This document shows, piece by piece, positions 19,499-30,031 of a DNA stretch of 64,000 nucleotides. Made by a program: the position numbers and the translations under genes. The DNA lies in the IMG/VR virus record IMGVR_UViG_3300013121_000026, positions 96,762-160,761 of that record; one strand, written 5' to 3'. Under the pieces are notes generated by a model. It made no database searches. It saw only the letters and a list, made by a program, of their open reading frames with translations, and was not told the origin of the DNA. The number at the start of each line of letters is the position of its first letter. Position 1 is the first letter of the stretch. This DNA is from a virus. Its lineage: Duplodnaviria > Caudoviricetes.

Positions 19499-20914
19499 AT
19501 GGCAGACAAAGATCAATTAAATGAAATTTCTAAATTAAAAGCAATGAAGTATCTTATTAAAAATGCCGGTGAAGATCCAAACCGTGCAGCATCCAATGAA
19601 ACAAATCCTAAAGATCGACGATCATTTGATAAAAAGTATAATAGAGCGCTTGGAAGAATTAGAGCAGAAAAGATATTAGCTAAAGAGCAAGAACAGCTTG
19701 ATGAAGGTAAAATTAAAAACCCCATGCACAAAAAGCTAATCAAGCAGGGTTGGAAGCATAACTATACTCCGAGACACGTAGAAGACTACGGTGACAGTGA
19801 AACGGGACCAATGATTTCTTATGTCCCACCACTTCATTCGTATACACGAAAAGGTTCAAACAAGACACATCATATTGATGGAGATAAGTTTGAACATCAG
19901 GTAGAGAAAAATTTTAAATATCCACGCGGGATGGCATCAGCAACAAGACCAATGTCTAAGGCAGAAAAAAGATATTGGGCGTCTCAAAAGCCTGGAATGA
20001 ATGAAGAACAGCTAGATGAAGGTGTTTATCTAGATAAACACCCGTGGAATGGTGGTGATGTTACTCATCGTTCTTCGGGGAAGAAAGGTAAGGTTTCTTA
20101 TGTAACTAAGGAACCCACATTTTCACAAATGGTTCCTTATAGAACGATGTTTGGTGTTAAATGGGAAGATGGAACATCTTCCGAACACAAAAAAGAACAG
20201 CTTAAAAAAATAAAATCTGTAAACGAGGAAACGCAGGATATGCCAATTAAAGAATTAATTGTAACAGCACTTGAAGAAACTCCAAGTGATTTTATCGAAA
20301 CCTTTGATCAAGCAATGCGTGAACGCATTCTTGACAGAATCGAAAACGCTAAGTTTGAGACTGCTATTAATATGTTCGGTGATCCAGAAGAAGTAAACGA
20401 AGAACGAAATGGCAGAGTAAAACTTCATTACCCCGAACATCAACGCAATAATAGTTTTGGAAAAGCATTTCACGGTAAACGTGGAACAATCGTAGGTAAA
20501 GAAGGCAAACAGTATCGAGTGGTATTAGATGAACCAGTACACTTCGATGACGTTGGAAAAGTAGAGGATGATCTTTGGGATTCTTCTTACCTTAAGCGTA
20601 TTAGAGAAGAAGAACAACTTGATGAAGTTTCTAAAGGTTTACTTGGTAGATACATGAAAAAAGCAGGAAAACATATCGAGCGCCTAGATAAAAGATATGA
20701 TGATCTAAACGATCGATATTGGGCAGCACCACAGGATTCTAAGAAGCGTGAATCTATTGATAAAAAGATCGATGCTAATGATAAATTATCAAATAAAAGA
20801 GGAGATGGTCGAAGATTAGCTCATGCTAAAGTTTATGGATCATATATGCTTGATAAGCATTTAAATAGATATAATGCAAAAGTAATGGCTAGCGAGGAAA
20901 CCAATGAGTCTTAA
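19499..20914 (+). CDS. Prohead core polyprotein: gp67-like domain plus basic modules separated by QLDE/VNEE linkers
   Basis: Position between genes 20 and 21; central acidic MPIKELI...INMFG segment; repeated EQLDE. Confidence 0.6.
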   Translation: MADKDQLNEISKLKAMKYLIKNAGEDPNRAASNETNPKDRRSFDKKYNRALGRIRAEKILAKEQEQLDEGKIKNPMHKKLIKQGWKHNYTPRHVEDYGDSETGPMISYVPPLHSYTRKGSNKTHHIDGDKFEHQVEKNFKYPRGMASATRPMSKAEKRYWASQKPGMNEEQLDEGVYLDKHPWNGGDVTHRSSGKKGKVSYVTKEPTFSQMVPYRTMFGVKWEDGTSSEHKKEQLKKIKSVNEETQDMPIKELIVTALEETPSDFIETFDQAMRERILDRIENAKFETAINMFGDPEEVNEERNGRVKLHYPEHQRNNSFGKAFHGKRGTIVGKEGKQYRVVLDEPVHFDDVGKVEDDLWDSSYLKRIREEEQLDEVSKGLLGRYMKKAGKHIERLDKRYDDLNDRYWAAPQDSKKRESIDKKIDANDKLSNKRGDGRRLAHAKVYGSYMLDKHLNRYNAKVMASEETNES

Positions 20915-21158
20915 TCTAAAACTTCTTGGAACAGAAATTTCAATCTCGTCTGCTAATACGGTTTCTACTGCAAAGTTAGTTAGAGTGTTCAATTCTAACA
21001 CAACCGCTCCTCAAGTTATTACTATAAAGAATGGTAGTGGCTCAACAATTGCAAACGTAACAATTGCGCCACTAACAGCAGTATTTGTTAATAAAGAACC
21101 AACGGATACAGTGGCAGGATCTGACCTGCTTGCGGTATCCGTCGCGTTCACACATTAA
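20904..21158 (+). CDS. Small hypothetical head-region protein
   Basis: 84-aa beta-rich ORF between the core polyprotein and gene 21. Confidence 0.6.
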   Translation: MSLNLKLLGTEISISSANTVSTAKLVRVFNSNTTAPQVITIKNGSGSTIANVTIAPLTAVFVNKEPTDTVAGSDLLAVSVAFTH

Positions 21159-21168
21159 GGAATATTAA

Positions 21169-21822
21169 ATGCGTCTAATATCAGAATACATTGAAAATCC
21201 AGTTAAATTAATAACTGAAACCACTGAGGAAGGCAAGAAGCAATACATTACGGGTCCATTTCTTCAGGCAGAAGTTGTTAATAGAAACAAGCGCATCTAT
21301 CCAGTTAATATTTTGGAAAACGAAGTTAAACGCTTCACCGAAAGCCATATTAAACGCAATTGTGCATATGGTGAACTTGGTCATCCGCCAACGCCAAATG
21401 TTAATCTAGACCGTCTAGCTATTCATATTAAAGAATTAGTCAAGGAAGGAAACACTTTTACCGGTAAGGCACTAATTGCAAGTACTCCAATGGGCGATAT
21501 TGTTCGTGGATTATTAAAAGATGGTGCTACGCTTGGCGTTTCTTCAAGAGCACTTGGATCACTAAAGCCCATCCAAGAAGGAATCAATCAGGTTCAGGAG
21601 GATCTGCGTTTATTAGCTATCGACGTAGTTAGCGATCCATCAGCGCCAGATGCATATGTTAATGGCATTTTTGAAGGCAAAGAATACATCTGGGATAATG
21701 CCAATGATCGTTTTGTTGAGCAGCAATTAACAGCGGTTAAAACAATGTCAGTTGAACAGATTGAAGCAAGCAAACTAAAGTTGTTTGAGAACTTTATTAA
21801 CTCAATCGTTAAAGTACGTTAA
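21169..21822 (+). CDS. 21: Prohead protease gp21
   Basis: NRNKRIYP, GELGHP, GVSSRALGS, DVVSDPSAPDA. Confidence 0.96.
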   Translation: MRLISEYIENPVKLITETTEEGKKQYITGPFLQAEVVNRNKRIYPVNILENEVKRFTESHIKRNCAYGELGHPPTPNVNLDRLAIHIKELVKEGNTFTGKALIASTPMGDIVRGLLKDGATLGVSSRALGSLKPIQEGINQVQEDLRLLAIDVVSDPSAPDAYVNGIFEGKEYIWDNANDRFVEQQLTAVKTMSVEQIEASKLKLFENFINSIVKVR

Positions 21823-21824
21823 TT

Positions 21825-21832
21825 TATAAATA
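21825..21832 (+). promoter_or_regulatory. Late promoter
   Basis: TATAAATA. Confidence 0.7.
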
Positions 21833-21865
21833 TATAGAAGAATTTTAATAAGAGGATATCACTTA

Positions 21866-22909
21866 ATGACAAAAAGAATTAAGAAACTTATGGAAGAAAA
21901 CGCTCAGGTAGAAGATACCTCTCCTGATGTTACGGAAATTGATCAGGATGATGAAACTGTTGATGAATCAGTTGGTTCAGACTCGCTTAGACCAGGTTCC
22001 AGAGCAGTTGACGACCCCAAGTCAAAGTTTCAGGTAATTGCATCAGCGATTGGAGCATTAGCTCAGGTCGATACAACTTCATTAACAAAGTTTTATGACG
22101 AGATGATGGCTCTTATCGGTCATGAAGCTGATCCTATTGCAAGCGGTACATCTGCAAAGAATGCAGCAACTATTGCAATGAAGGAAGAATTTAATAAGTT
22201 GTTTGAAGGCGACGAAACATTCACCGAAGACTTCAAGAAGAAGGCATTTACCCTGTTTGAAGCAGCAGTTGAGACTCGCGTAGCTCTTAATACTGCTGAA
22301 ATCGAAGATCAGCTAGCAGAAGAATACACTGAATTGCTTAGCCAAGAAATTGAAGCAATTGAGGAAGGCGTTAGCGAGTATCTTGATTATGCTGCAGACA
22401 CCTGGATGGAAGATAACAAGTTAGTTGTTGAAAATTCATTGCGCTCAGAAATCACCGAAGACTTTATTAAGGGTCTAAAGGATCTATTTGAACAGCATTA
22501 CATCGATATTCCAGACGAGTCAGTAGACATTGTCGAAAGCCTTTCGGAGAAAGTTGAATTGCTTGAAGCAAGACTAAATGAGCTTATCAGCGAAAATGCT
22601 GAATTAACAGACATTATCGAACAGGAAACACTTAATAACATTGTCGAAGATACTTGCAAGGGATTAACTCTTGTAGAGCAGGACAAGCTTCGCTCATTAG
22701 CAGAAACGATCTCATACGAAAGCAGAGAAGATTTTGCTAGCAAGCTTCAGACAATCAAAGAATCTCAGGTAATTAAGGGCAAGACCTCAGCACTTAATGA
22801 GCAGCTTGAGGAAGTCAACGAAGATAACAAAGAAGAAAAGAAGATTGTTACTTCGCCTGAAATGAAGAACTACGTTGATGCTATCGCTCGTTCTGTAAAG
22901 ACGAGTTAA
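21866..22909 (+). CDS. 22: Prohead scaffold gp22
   Basis: Acidic coiled coil; FKKKAFTLFEAAV, YLDY...W, FIKGLKDLF. Confidence 0.93.
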   Translation: MTKRIKKLMEENAQVEDTSPDVTEIDQDDETVDESVGSDSLRPGSRAVDDPKSKFQVIASAIGALAQVDTTSLTKFYDEMMALIGHEADPIASGTSAKNAATIAMKEEFNKLFEGDETFTEDFKKKAFTLFEAAVETRVALNTAEIEDQLAEEYTELLSQEIEAIEEGVSEYLDYAADTWMEDNKLVVENSLRSEITEDFIKGLKDLFEQHYIDIPDESVDIVESLSEKVELLEARLNELISENAELTDIIEQETLNNIVEDTCKGLTLVEQDKLRSLAETISYESREDFASKLQTIKESQVIKGKTSALNEQLEEVNEDNKEEKKIVTSPEMKNYVDAIARSVKTS

Positions 22910-22921
22910 AGTACAGTAAAT

Positions 22922-22929
22922 TATAAATA
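22922..22929 (+). promoter_or_regulatory. Late promoter for gene 23
   Basis: TATAAATA. Confidence 0.75.
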
Positions 22930-22966
22930 ATAATAACTTAGAAAATAAGTAAGGAGAAAAAAATAA

Positions 22967-24370
22967 ATGTTTAATGGGGAATTGCAAAATAGATGGAAGG
23001 AAGTTCTTGATCACGAAGCACTTCCTCAGATTACAGAAAATCAGCGCCGTAAGGTAACTGCTCAGGTTCTTGAAAATACTGTCCGTGAACTAGGTCAGTA
23101 CAAGGATGGATCACAGCAGTTGTTTGAAGCTGCTCCTACCAACAGTATGGGCGCATCAAGTTCAACGGCAGGTGCTGGTCCAATCGATACATTCGACCCA
23201 GTATTAGTTAGCTTAGTTCGTCGTGCAATGCCAAACTTGGTTGCATACGATCTTTGCGGTGTTCAGGCAATGACTGGTCCGACCGGACTTATCTTTGCAA
23301 TGCGCGCCCGTTATGATTCACAGACAGGACGTGAAGCGTTCTATTGGGAAGCAAATACTGGTCATTCAGCACGTGGTGGTTCAAATACCACAGCAGAAAA
23401 TGCTGGATACTCAAGTGGTAACACTCAAGTTGGTGGTGGTGCTAACAACGTTGGTTCTAACACAACCTATGGTGTTCCCGGATCTTCTAACAACGCTGGT
23501 AACTCAACTTACAACTATGCTGGTGGTTTCAACCGTGCAACAGCAGAAGGTCTTGGTGGTAACACTACAGCGATCTTCCCAGAAATGGCAATGTCAATCG
23601 AAAAGATTGAAGTTGCTGCTAGATCACGTGGCCTAAAGGCAGAATACAGCATGGAAATCGCGCAGGACATGAAGGCGATTCATGGACTTGAAATTGAGCA
23701 GGAACTTTCAAACATTCTTTCTACGGAAATTCTTGCAGAAATCAATCGCGAAATTGTTCATGCTATTAACGTAACTGCTAAGAGTGGTTCACAGACTGAC
23801 GTAACAGCAGCAGGAACATTCGACCTTGACGTTGATGCTAACGGACGTTGGTTAGAAGAAAAGTTCAAGGGCATGTACTTCCAGCTTTCAAGAGAAGCTA
23901 ACCAGATTGCTAAGGATACACGTCGTGGACTTGGTAACGTAATGATCTGCTCCGCAGACGTTGCAAGTGCATTGTCAATGGCAGGTGTTCTAAGCTATGC
24001 TCCAAGACTTAACAACAGTCTCCAGGTAGATGACACAGGTAATACTTTTGCTGGTGTTCTAAGCAATGGCATTAAGGTCTATATCGACCCATACGCTATT
24101 GGTGGTAACTATTGGACAGTTGGTTATAAGGGTGCAAATGCTTATGACGCGGGTATTATCTACTGCCCATACGTACCGCTACAGATGGTTCGTGCAGTTG
24201 ATCCTAACACCTTTAACCCAAAGATTGGCTTCAAGACCAGATATGGCATTGTTGCTAATCCGTATGCTGATGGTGGTGTCAGCACTGGAACAACAGGCGC
24301 TGGATATGGCGCACTGAAGCAAGACGCGAATCTCTACTATCGCAGAAGCGTGGTAGCACATCTCGGCTGA
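22967..24370 (+). CDS. 23: Major capsid protein gp23
   Basis: LVRRAMPNL, GVQAMTGPTGLIFAMR, EINRE, YCPYVPL, GFKTRYG. Confidence 0.98.
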   Translation: MFNGELQNRWKEVLDHEALPQITENQRRKVTAQVLENTVRELGQYKDGSQQLFEAAPTNSMGASSSTAGAGPIDTFDPVLVSLVRRAMPNLVAYDLCGVQAMTGPTGLIFAMRARYDSQTGREAFYWEANTGHSARGGSNTTAENAGYSSGNTQVGGGANNVGSNTTYGVPGSSNNAGNSTYNYAGGFNRATAEGLGGNTTAIFPEMAMSIEKIEVAARSRGLKAEYSMEIAQDMKAIHGLEIEQELSNILSTEILAEINREIVHAINVTAKSGSQTDVTAAGTFDLDVDANGRWLEEKFKGMYFQLSREANQIAKDTRRGLGNVMICSADVASALSMAGVLSYAPRLNNSLQVDDTGNTFAGVLSNGIKVYIDPYAIGGNYWTVGYKGANAYDAGIIYCPYVPLQMVRAVDPNTFNPKIGFKTRYGIVANPYADGGVSTGTTGAGYGALKQDANLYYRRSVVAHLG

Positions 24371-24386
24371 TAAATAAACAATAACG

Positions 24387-24418
24387 AATAAACGGGAGAC
24401 TGTCTCCCGTTTATTTTT
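24387..24418 (+). terminator. Rho-independent terminator after gene 23
   Basis: AATAAACGGGAGAC-T-GTCTCCCGTTTATT followed by T run. Confidence 0.8.
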
Positions 24419-24467
24419 AATCTAAATTAAGCAAAGTGTATAACAATTATTCAACAGTAACAATTTA

Positions 24468-25343
24468 ATGTATAAAATTTACAAACTAACATCGCCCTCA
24501 GGAAATTCGTACATAGGACAAACAAAACAAAAATCTATTCATATTAGATTTAAACAGCATATTGGTTGTTGGCGAAAATGGATTAAAAATAACCGACCCA
24601 GAAAAGCATATGACACAAAATTATTTTATGCTTTCGATACTTACTTGCCTGAACAATGGACTTGTGAACAAATCGATCAATCAGATACACAAAATGAAAT
24701 TAATGAACTTGAAATAAAATATATAGAACAGCTTGGATATTATAATCTTCAAAAAGGTGGTCAGGGCTGGAAAAACTCAACACTTCAATCGGAACACAAA
24801 AAGAAAATGTCCGAAGCAAGAAAAGCATATTTTCAAACACCAGAGGGTATTGAATGGAAAAAACAACTTAGTAAAAAATTTCAAAAAGATAATCCATGCA
24901 AAAAAGGAAATATTCCGTGGAATAAAAACAAAAAAGGTTTGTACACCGAGGAACATTTACAAAAAATTAGTGCATCATCTAAGAAAACATGGAGTAATGA
25001 ACAACTAAGAAACGATGCAAAAGAAAGAATGAAACAAATGTGGAAAGATGGCGCTTTTGATAATAGACCATTACCAACACAAGAATCTATCGAAAAAAGA
25101 CGTATTAAATCTTTAGGAAGAAAACAAACAGATGAAGAGAAGAGAAAAAAGAGTGAAGCATTAGCTGGAACATGGGAAGTAACAAAACCAAATGGTGAAA
25201 AAATTATTGTAAAAGGAATTAGAAAATTTTGTCAGCAGAATGAAATTTCTCTCAATCGTAGGAATGGATATATAGGAAATAAACTTGGTTGGAGAGCAGT
25301 TTGTATTAAAAGTAAACGTTCAATTGTTAGCCATTTGGGCTAA
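24468..25343 (+). CDS. GIY-YIG homing endonuclease with NUMOD3-like repeats; last residues duplicate the gp23 C-terminus
   Basis: KIYKLTSPSGNSYIGQT, YNLQKGG; ends RSIVSHLG*. Confidence 0.85.
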   Translation: MYKIYKLTSPSGNSYIGQTKQKSIHIRFKQHIGCWRKWIKNNRPRKAYDTKLFYAFDTYLPEQWTCEQIDQSDTQNEINELEIKYIEQLGYYNLQKGGQGWKNSTLQSEHKKKMSEARKAYFQTPEGIEWKKQLSKKFQKDNPCKKGNIPWNKNKKGLYTEEHLQKISASSKKTWSNEQLRNDAKERMKQMWKDGAFDNRPLPTQESIEKRRIKSLGRKQTDEEKRKKSEALAGTWEVTKPNGEKIIVKGIRKFCQQNEISLNRRNGYIGNKLGWRAVCIKSKRSIVSHLG

Positions 25344-25360
25344 TAAACAAACTATCCAAA

Positions 25361-26866
25361 TTAAGAATTAATAGGGCACTTCGGTGCCCTATTTTTTATC
25401 ATTGCAATAGTACCACAATCCCATATTCTTTCATAGCCTCGTTCCTTCATAATTTCCCATTCAGGACGAGGATCACCAGGGGCAATTCTCTTTTTAACAA
25501 ATCCTTGGCGATGTAATCTTTGAACGCTTTTGTTTAAATTAACATACGAGTATGAAGGTGGATTATATTTTAATATCTCAAACCCATTATGATTATAAAC
25601 ATTACCATCAGACCTAGTTCTATCCGCATAAGAAATAATACTACCGGTATGTTCTTTTTCAAATGCACTTAGTAGTCTACTAAATCCACCACGAATATTG
25701 GTGTTAATCCTAGAACAAAATCTAACTAATTCCCAATCATAGTTTTTATTATACCTGGATTTAGCAAAGGTCATGACTGCCACCACTTGTTGATCTAACA
25801 ATAGTCCGTAATTAATTTGACTCATATCTTTGCCCTGAATGTGATTATTGTTCAGGAAGTTATTTTTGGTATTCTTGTCTAGTGTAACAATTCTACAGTC
25901 TCTGGCGTTATAGTGCTGGGGTATTTTGTTTATCTTGTACAGCAACATCGATTTCCAAATGTCTTTTTTATGTATCCAGTCATCACTAAAAATATGCAAC
26001 AGTTGATAACCTTGGTTTTGACATTCTAGTGTTTTGTTTAGGTGATAATTGCGATCTTTACGAAGACTTTCATTTTGATGTTCTTCACGAAAAATATGGC
26101 TATATACGCCGTTGTATTCAATTGCTAAATTAAACTGAGGGATAACGATATCCAATTCTTTTCCATTTAGGATTGTTCTATCATTAATCTTTACTTCTAC
26201 ATACTGTTGAAGAAAATCTATTACTTCCTGACATTCCTTTGAAACAATAATTTTTTGTCTAGGATAGATGTTTGGATTATTAGCAATGATCTGATGATAT
26301 TGTAACCATCTGCTTAGTGTAGCTTTGTTTGATTTAATTTCAGCACTAATGTCATCCAACGTTCTTTTGTTATTAATGTGTTGTTCTGTTAGCCATTGTT
26401 TGTTTCTAAGAAATGAGGTAGTCAAGGCATTAGATTCGTTGTATTTAACCATTGGAATATTAAATTGTTTGCAGGCTCTTTTGATTGGGATTTCTGATGT
26501 TCCAATCAGCTTGCCTATATCTTCATAAGCAAGCATTTCAACAATTCTCTTTTGATACAGCCAATCTTTATCAATTGGTATAATTTTTGATTTTCTAGCG
26601 CATTTTGAGGAACAATGATTTCGAAAGAAATTGGGATCATTTTTCCTTTTGGTCTTATTCCAAGTAACATAATTACCACAATGACATTTGGGAAAGGTTT
26701 TAGAAGTATAGTTCTCTTTGAGTGCTATTAACCGTATTTTAATTGGTGTGTCAGCAGGCAACCAAGAAGTTTTTTCAATAACAAAGGATCGATTGCTTTT
26801 GTTTTTAGCAAAAGAAATGACGAAGTTTTTATCATTGATTTTCTGAAATACTTCTTCTAAATTCAT
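25361..26866 (-). CDS. Hef-like putative homing endonuclease (Zn ribbon, HTH repeats, PD-(D/E)XK core, C-terminal domain)
   Basis: CHCG..CSSKC; ELDIVIPQFNLAIEYNGVYSH; NHIQG, ELVRFCS, SYADR, IWDCG. Confidence 0.75.
   Translation of the reverse strand: MNLEEVFQKINDKNFVISFAKNKSNRSFVIEKTSWLPADTPIKIRLIALKENYTSKTFPKCHCGNYVTWNKTKRKNDPNFFRNHCSSKCARKSKIIPIDKDWLYQKRIVEMLAYEDIGKLIGTSEIPIKRACKQFNIPMVKYNESNALTTSFLRNKQWLTEQHINNKRTLDDISAEIKSNKATLSRWLQYHQIIANNPNIYPRQKIIVSKECQEVIDFLQQYVEVKINDRTILNGKELDIVIPQFNLAIEYNGVYSHIFREEHQNESLRKDRNYHLNKTLECQNQGYQLLHIFSDDWIHKKDIWKSMLLYKINKIPQHYNARDCRIVTLDKNTKNNFLNNNHIQGKDMSQINYGLLLDQQVVAVMTFAKSRYNKNYDWELVRFCSRINTNIRGGFSRLLSAFEKEHTGSIISYADRTRSDGNVYNHNGFEILKYNPPSYSYVNLNKSVQRLHRQGFVKKRIAPGDPRPEWEIMKERGYERIWDCGTIAMIKNRAPKCPINS
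25370..25397 (+). terminator. Rho-independent terminator with cUUCGg tetraloop
   Basis: AATAGGGCAC-TTCG-GTGCCCTATT followed by T run. Confidence 0.85.
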
Positions 26867-26908
26867 CTGGTCACTTTAACACAATTTTTATTAATTTCAA
26901 AGTATTTA

Positions 26909-26937
26909 TTGACTTCTTGGCTGATATTCATTATGCT
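26909..26937 (+). promoter_or_regulatory. Sigma70-type promoter
   Basis: TTGACT-17 bp-TATGCT. Confidence 0.55.
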
Positions 26938-27612
26938 GATACTCATCATCATGACCTTATAGGAGTTTGTTTAATGTCTCTTGAAAAAGTTCGAAATTTA
27001 ATTTCTACTATAACAACTCTCCCTGTATATACCTTTGTCCTCTGGGATAAAATAGTCAAACCTGACCAAGACCGTGTTCGTCTTGAAGGTAGACACTGCA
27101 ACACTATAGACATAAACATGAGCTTTATTTTATGAAACAATACGGCGTATTTTAAGTCATAGTGATCGTTCATATATAGTTAACAGGACACCTTTAAGGT
27201 TTGAAAATTTCGATGATTTTCTTACATGAACTTTCTATTTGTGTAAAAATGGGAGTAAATTAAAGTGAGCGATTATTTATTCATGTATTTGTCTGGCAAG
27301 ATTATTGGTGAAGTAAGCAAAAAAATTAATTTTAACATTCTAGTTGTAAGTCGCATGATAACCGGACATGCAATAAGAAATGCAAGTTTTGTTCATGCTG
27401 AATTAGGAGTATTAAATAGTGACCGTCTGTTCAATTCGGGGTTTATGTACTGATGCAGGAATTAGATATCTTGCATACGAAACTGAATATCAAACATTTT
27501 CAAAGATTTCAGAGAAGTATTCTTTATTTGTTCGAAATGAGTTGGGTACATTAAATAGATTTTACTTAATTCATGATTTTGAACGACAATAAATACTATT
27601 AAAAGGGAAAAA

Positions 27613-28146
27613 ATGTCAGCAACAGAAAACAATCCAAGTTCAAGTAATTATTTGACTTCTAATAAGTTTAGGTTTACTCTAAAAAGAGCGCCTAACATCA
27701 ACTTCTTTTTAACAAAATGCAACCTGCCTGCGGTTTCAGCAGGGACAGCAATGCAATTGACTCCATTTGTTGATATTCCATTGCCCGGTCAAGAATTTAA
27801 ATATTCACCACTTGAAATAACATTTTTTGTTAATGAAGGAATGGACAACTACTTGGAAATTTTTAACTGGATGAGAGCAATAGCGGGAAGTGACAATCTT
27901 GAAGATTACGCACCTTTAAAAAATCAACCAGGATGGTCACCATATGGGCTAGCAAGTGAAGTTGTAGTTCATATTCTTAATAGCAGCAATGTTCCTCAGG
28001 TTGAAGTTACTTTTCATGATGCATGGCCAGCGGGAATGACAGAGGTTAATTTTGATAGTACACTGGATACAGCAAATTATGCGCAGGTTGGTGCAGCATT
28101 CATGTACCGTTCATTTGATTTCCAGATTTTGACAACTTCAAAATAA
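27613..28146 (+). CDS. 3: Tail completion / tube terminator gp3
   Basis: NYLTSNKFRF, NLPAVS, FFVNEGMDNYLEIFNW, FHDAWP; AATAAATA upstream. Confidence 0.85.
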   Translation: MSATENNPSSSNYLTSNKFRFTLKRAPNINFFLTKCNLPAVSAGTAMQLTPFVDIPLPGQEFKYSPLEITFFVNEGMDNYLEIFNWMRAIAGSDNLEDYAPLKNQPGWSPYGLASEVVVHILNSSNVPQVEVTFHDAWPAGMTEVNFDSTLDTANYAQVGAAFMYRSFDFQILTTSK

Positions 28147-28157
28147 GATTGTATAAT
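28129..28157 (+). promoter_or_regulatory. Sigma70-type promoter
   Basis: TTGACA-17 bp-TATAAT, exact consensus. Confidence 0.75.
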
Positions 28158-30031
28158 GGAAAAAGTTTTTAACAAAACAGAAGCCATAAAAAGTAAAACA
28201 TGGAATAGTCAATTTGCTAATGCCGTTCCGTATTTGTCTAAGTTAGATATTCTGAGGTATAAATTTAATAGTTTGGAAATGTTTGATGCCAGCTTTGTAT
28301 AGTATTCGATATCAACTAGGAGACACGGAATACAAAATAAACTTATTCAATGTGTTACATTGTGTTAATAACTTATATGATTACGCAGGAGTGGACGTCT
28401 TTGGGAGTGTTAGATATAACATATCTATAGAAGCTATTGAATTATCATTTGAGGGGATTTGTTGGGTTTGAGAACACTATCATATAAGAATATTACTTTA
28501 GCGCTAAGGACAGAAGCCATATCAATTGAACTTTATTATAAAATGCGAACTGAGTGGCCGCATTTTATGCAATTGATGCCACCACCTGATTTTAGATTAT
28601 TAGAGGGTGATTTTCTCTGATGTTTCGAAAGTTTCATATAGTTAATACTAAAATTAACGACCGAGTGGTGCAAGTGTCTAACCCACGAGGAAAGTATGAC
28701 TACGCAGATTACTCATATTTTATAGCAGGCAAGATATCCAACGCATTGCTTCGGGTCCAATTAAATGGTGTTAAAGGATTTATATGAACACACTTGTTGC
28801 AATTAAACCTACTACGCATCTTATAATTGCTAAAATGGGATATTATGACCCATCTCAGATGATTTTGTTTTGGAAGTTGAATCCGGACAACCTCCATATG
28901 AGTTTTGTATGAATAATGTTCTGTTCTTGGGAAACACAAATTATAGGATTGATGAAAATAGTTGTGTATCAATTGCTAGGCGGCAGAAACAAATTTTTAA
29001 TTCTCATCGTCAGTTTGAAATGGTGTTGTTATTAATACAAAGTAATAGAATAGGATGGTCACTTAACACTAGTGATCCTCTTTTCTTAAAGGTATTTACA
29101 GATGGATTTATCGAAGACTGAATATCGTAACGTTTATGCAAGGTTAAATCGACATTTTTCGTGTATGTCGTCGATTAGACAAAAAGCAGGTCATCAGAGC
29201 ATGACAACGTTGTCATATTCCAGCTATCGAGCATTATCTGCTTTAGACTTACATCCAATAAACAGCGAGATTACAAGTATTTTAAATGACATGAGATTTG
29301 TATGACATGGGTTTATGAAATGTTGAGAGATGTTGATTATGATTTAGAGGAGCAAATTTTTGTAGGTGAATGATGATAAAATTTCATTATATAGGTCTTA
29401 AAATAATGACAGTATTGAAAGCAAAAAACATGCTTATAGATCAAATTGACTATCAAGTTTTTTATGGTGGAGAAATTCCTAATTTCCTTAATGACTTTAG
29501 GTTTTCTTTCATATGAATATTCATCCATATGAATTAGATGATTATGCAATGATTGCTTATCTGGAACGAGCTATGTCTAAATGTGACAGGGTAAGGTTTA
29601 ATATAGTTAGGCAAATTAATTACCATAGACATAGCATTGTGTACTTGCACCACTCGGTTCATGAGGAACGAGCATTGACTCAAAGATTTGGTTTTTTAGA
29701 ATAGGATTTCAAATGCTTGATATAAAAGAATTAGCAGTGGTTGAAAACACAACTCGTAATATGTGCTATAAACACATTTATGGAAATCAATTTGATCCAC
29801 ATATTAAAATTTTATCATTATTCTATGAAACACATCGATTTGAAGAAACATTATGGGAAGGTTTCATATGATGGGCTATGAGTTAATTTATACGTCACCG
29901 GCATTAAAAATAGATGGTAAAACAGTGATGTGTTTTTACCACCCTTTTATTGCAAACATTTATAATTCATTAGCTGGTAAGCATTTAAGTAATGAATTAA
30001 TTAAATATGCAACATTTATGGATTTTTTAAG

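Noticed and set aside
24371-25316. Self-splicing intron in gene 23
   Set aside because: Gene 23 already has a complete end and terminator, and no intron core is visible.
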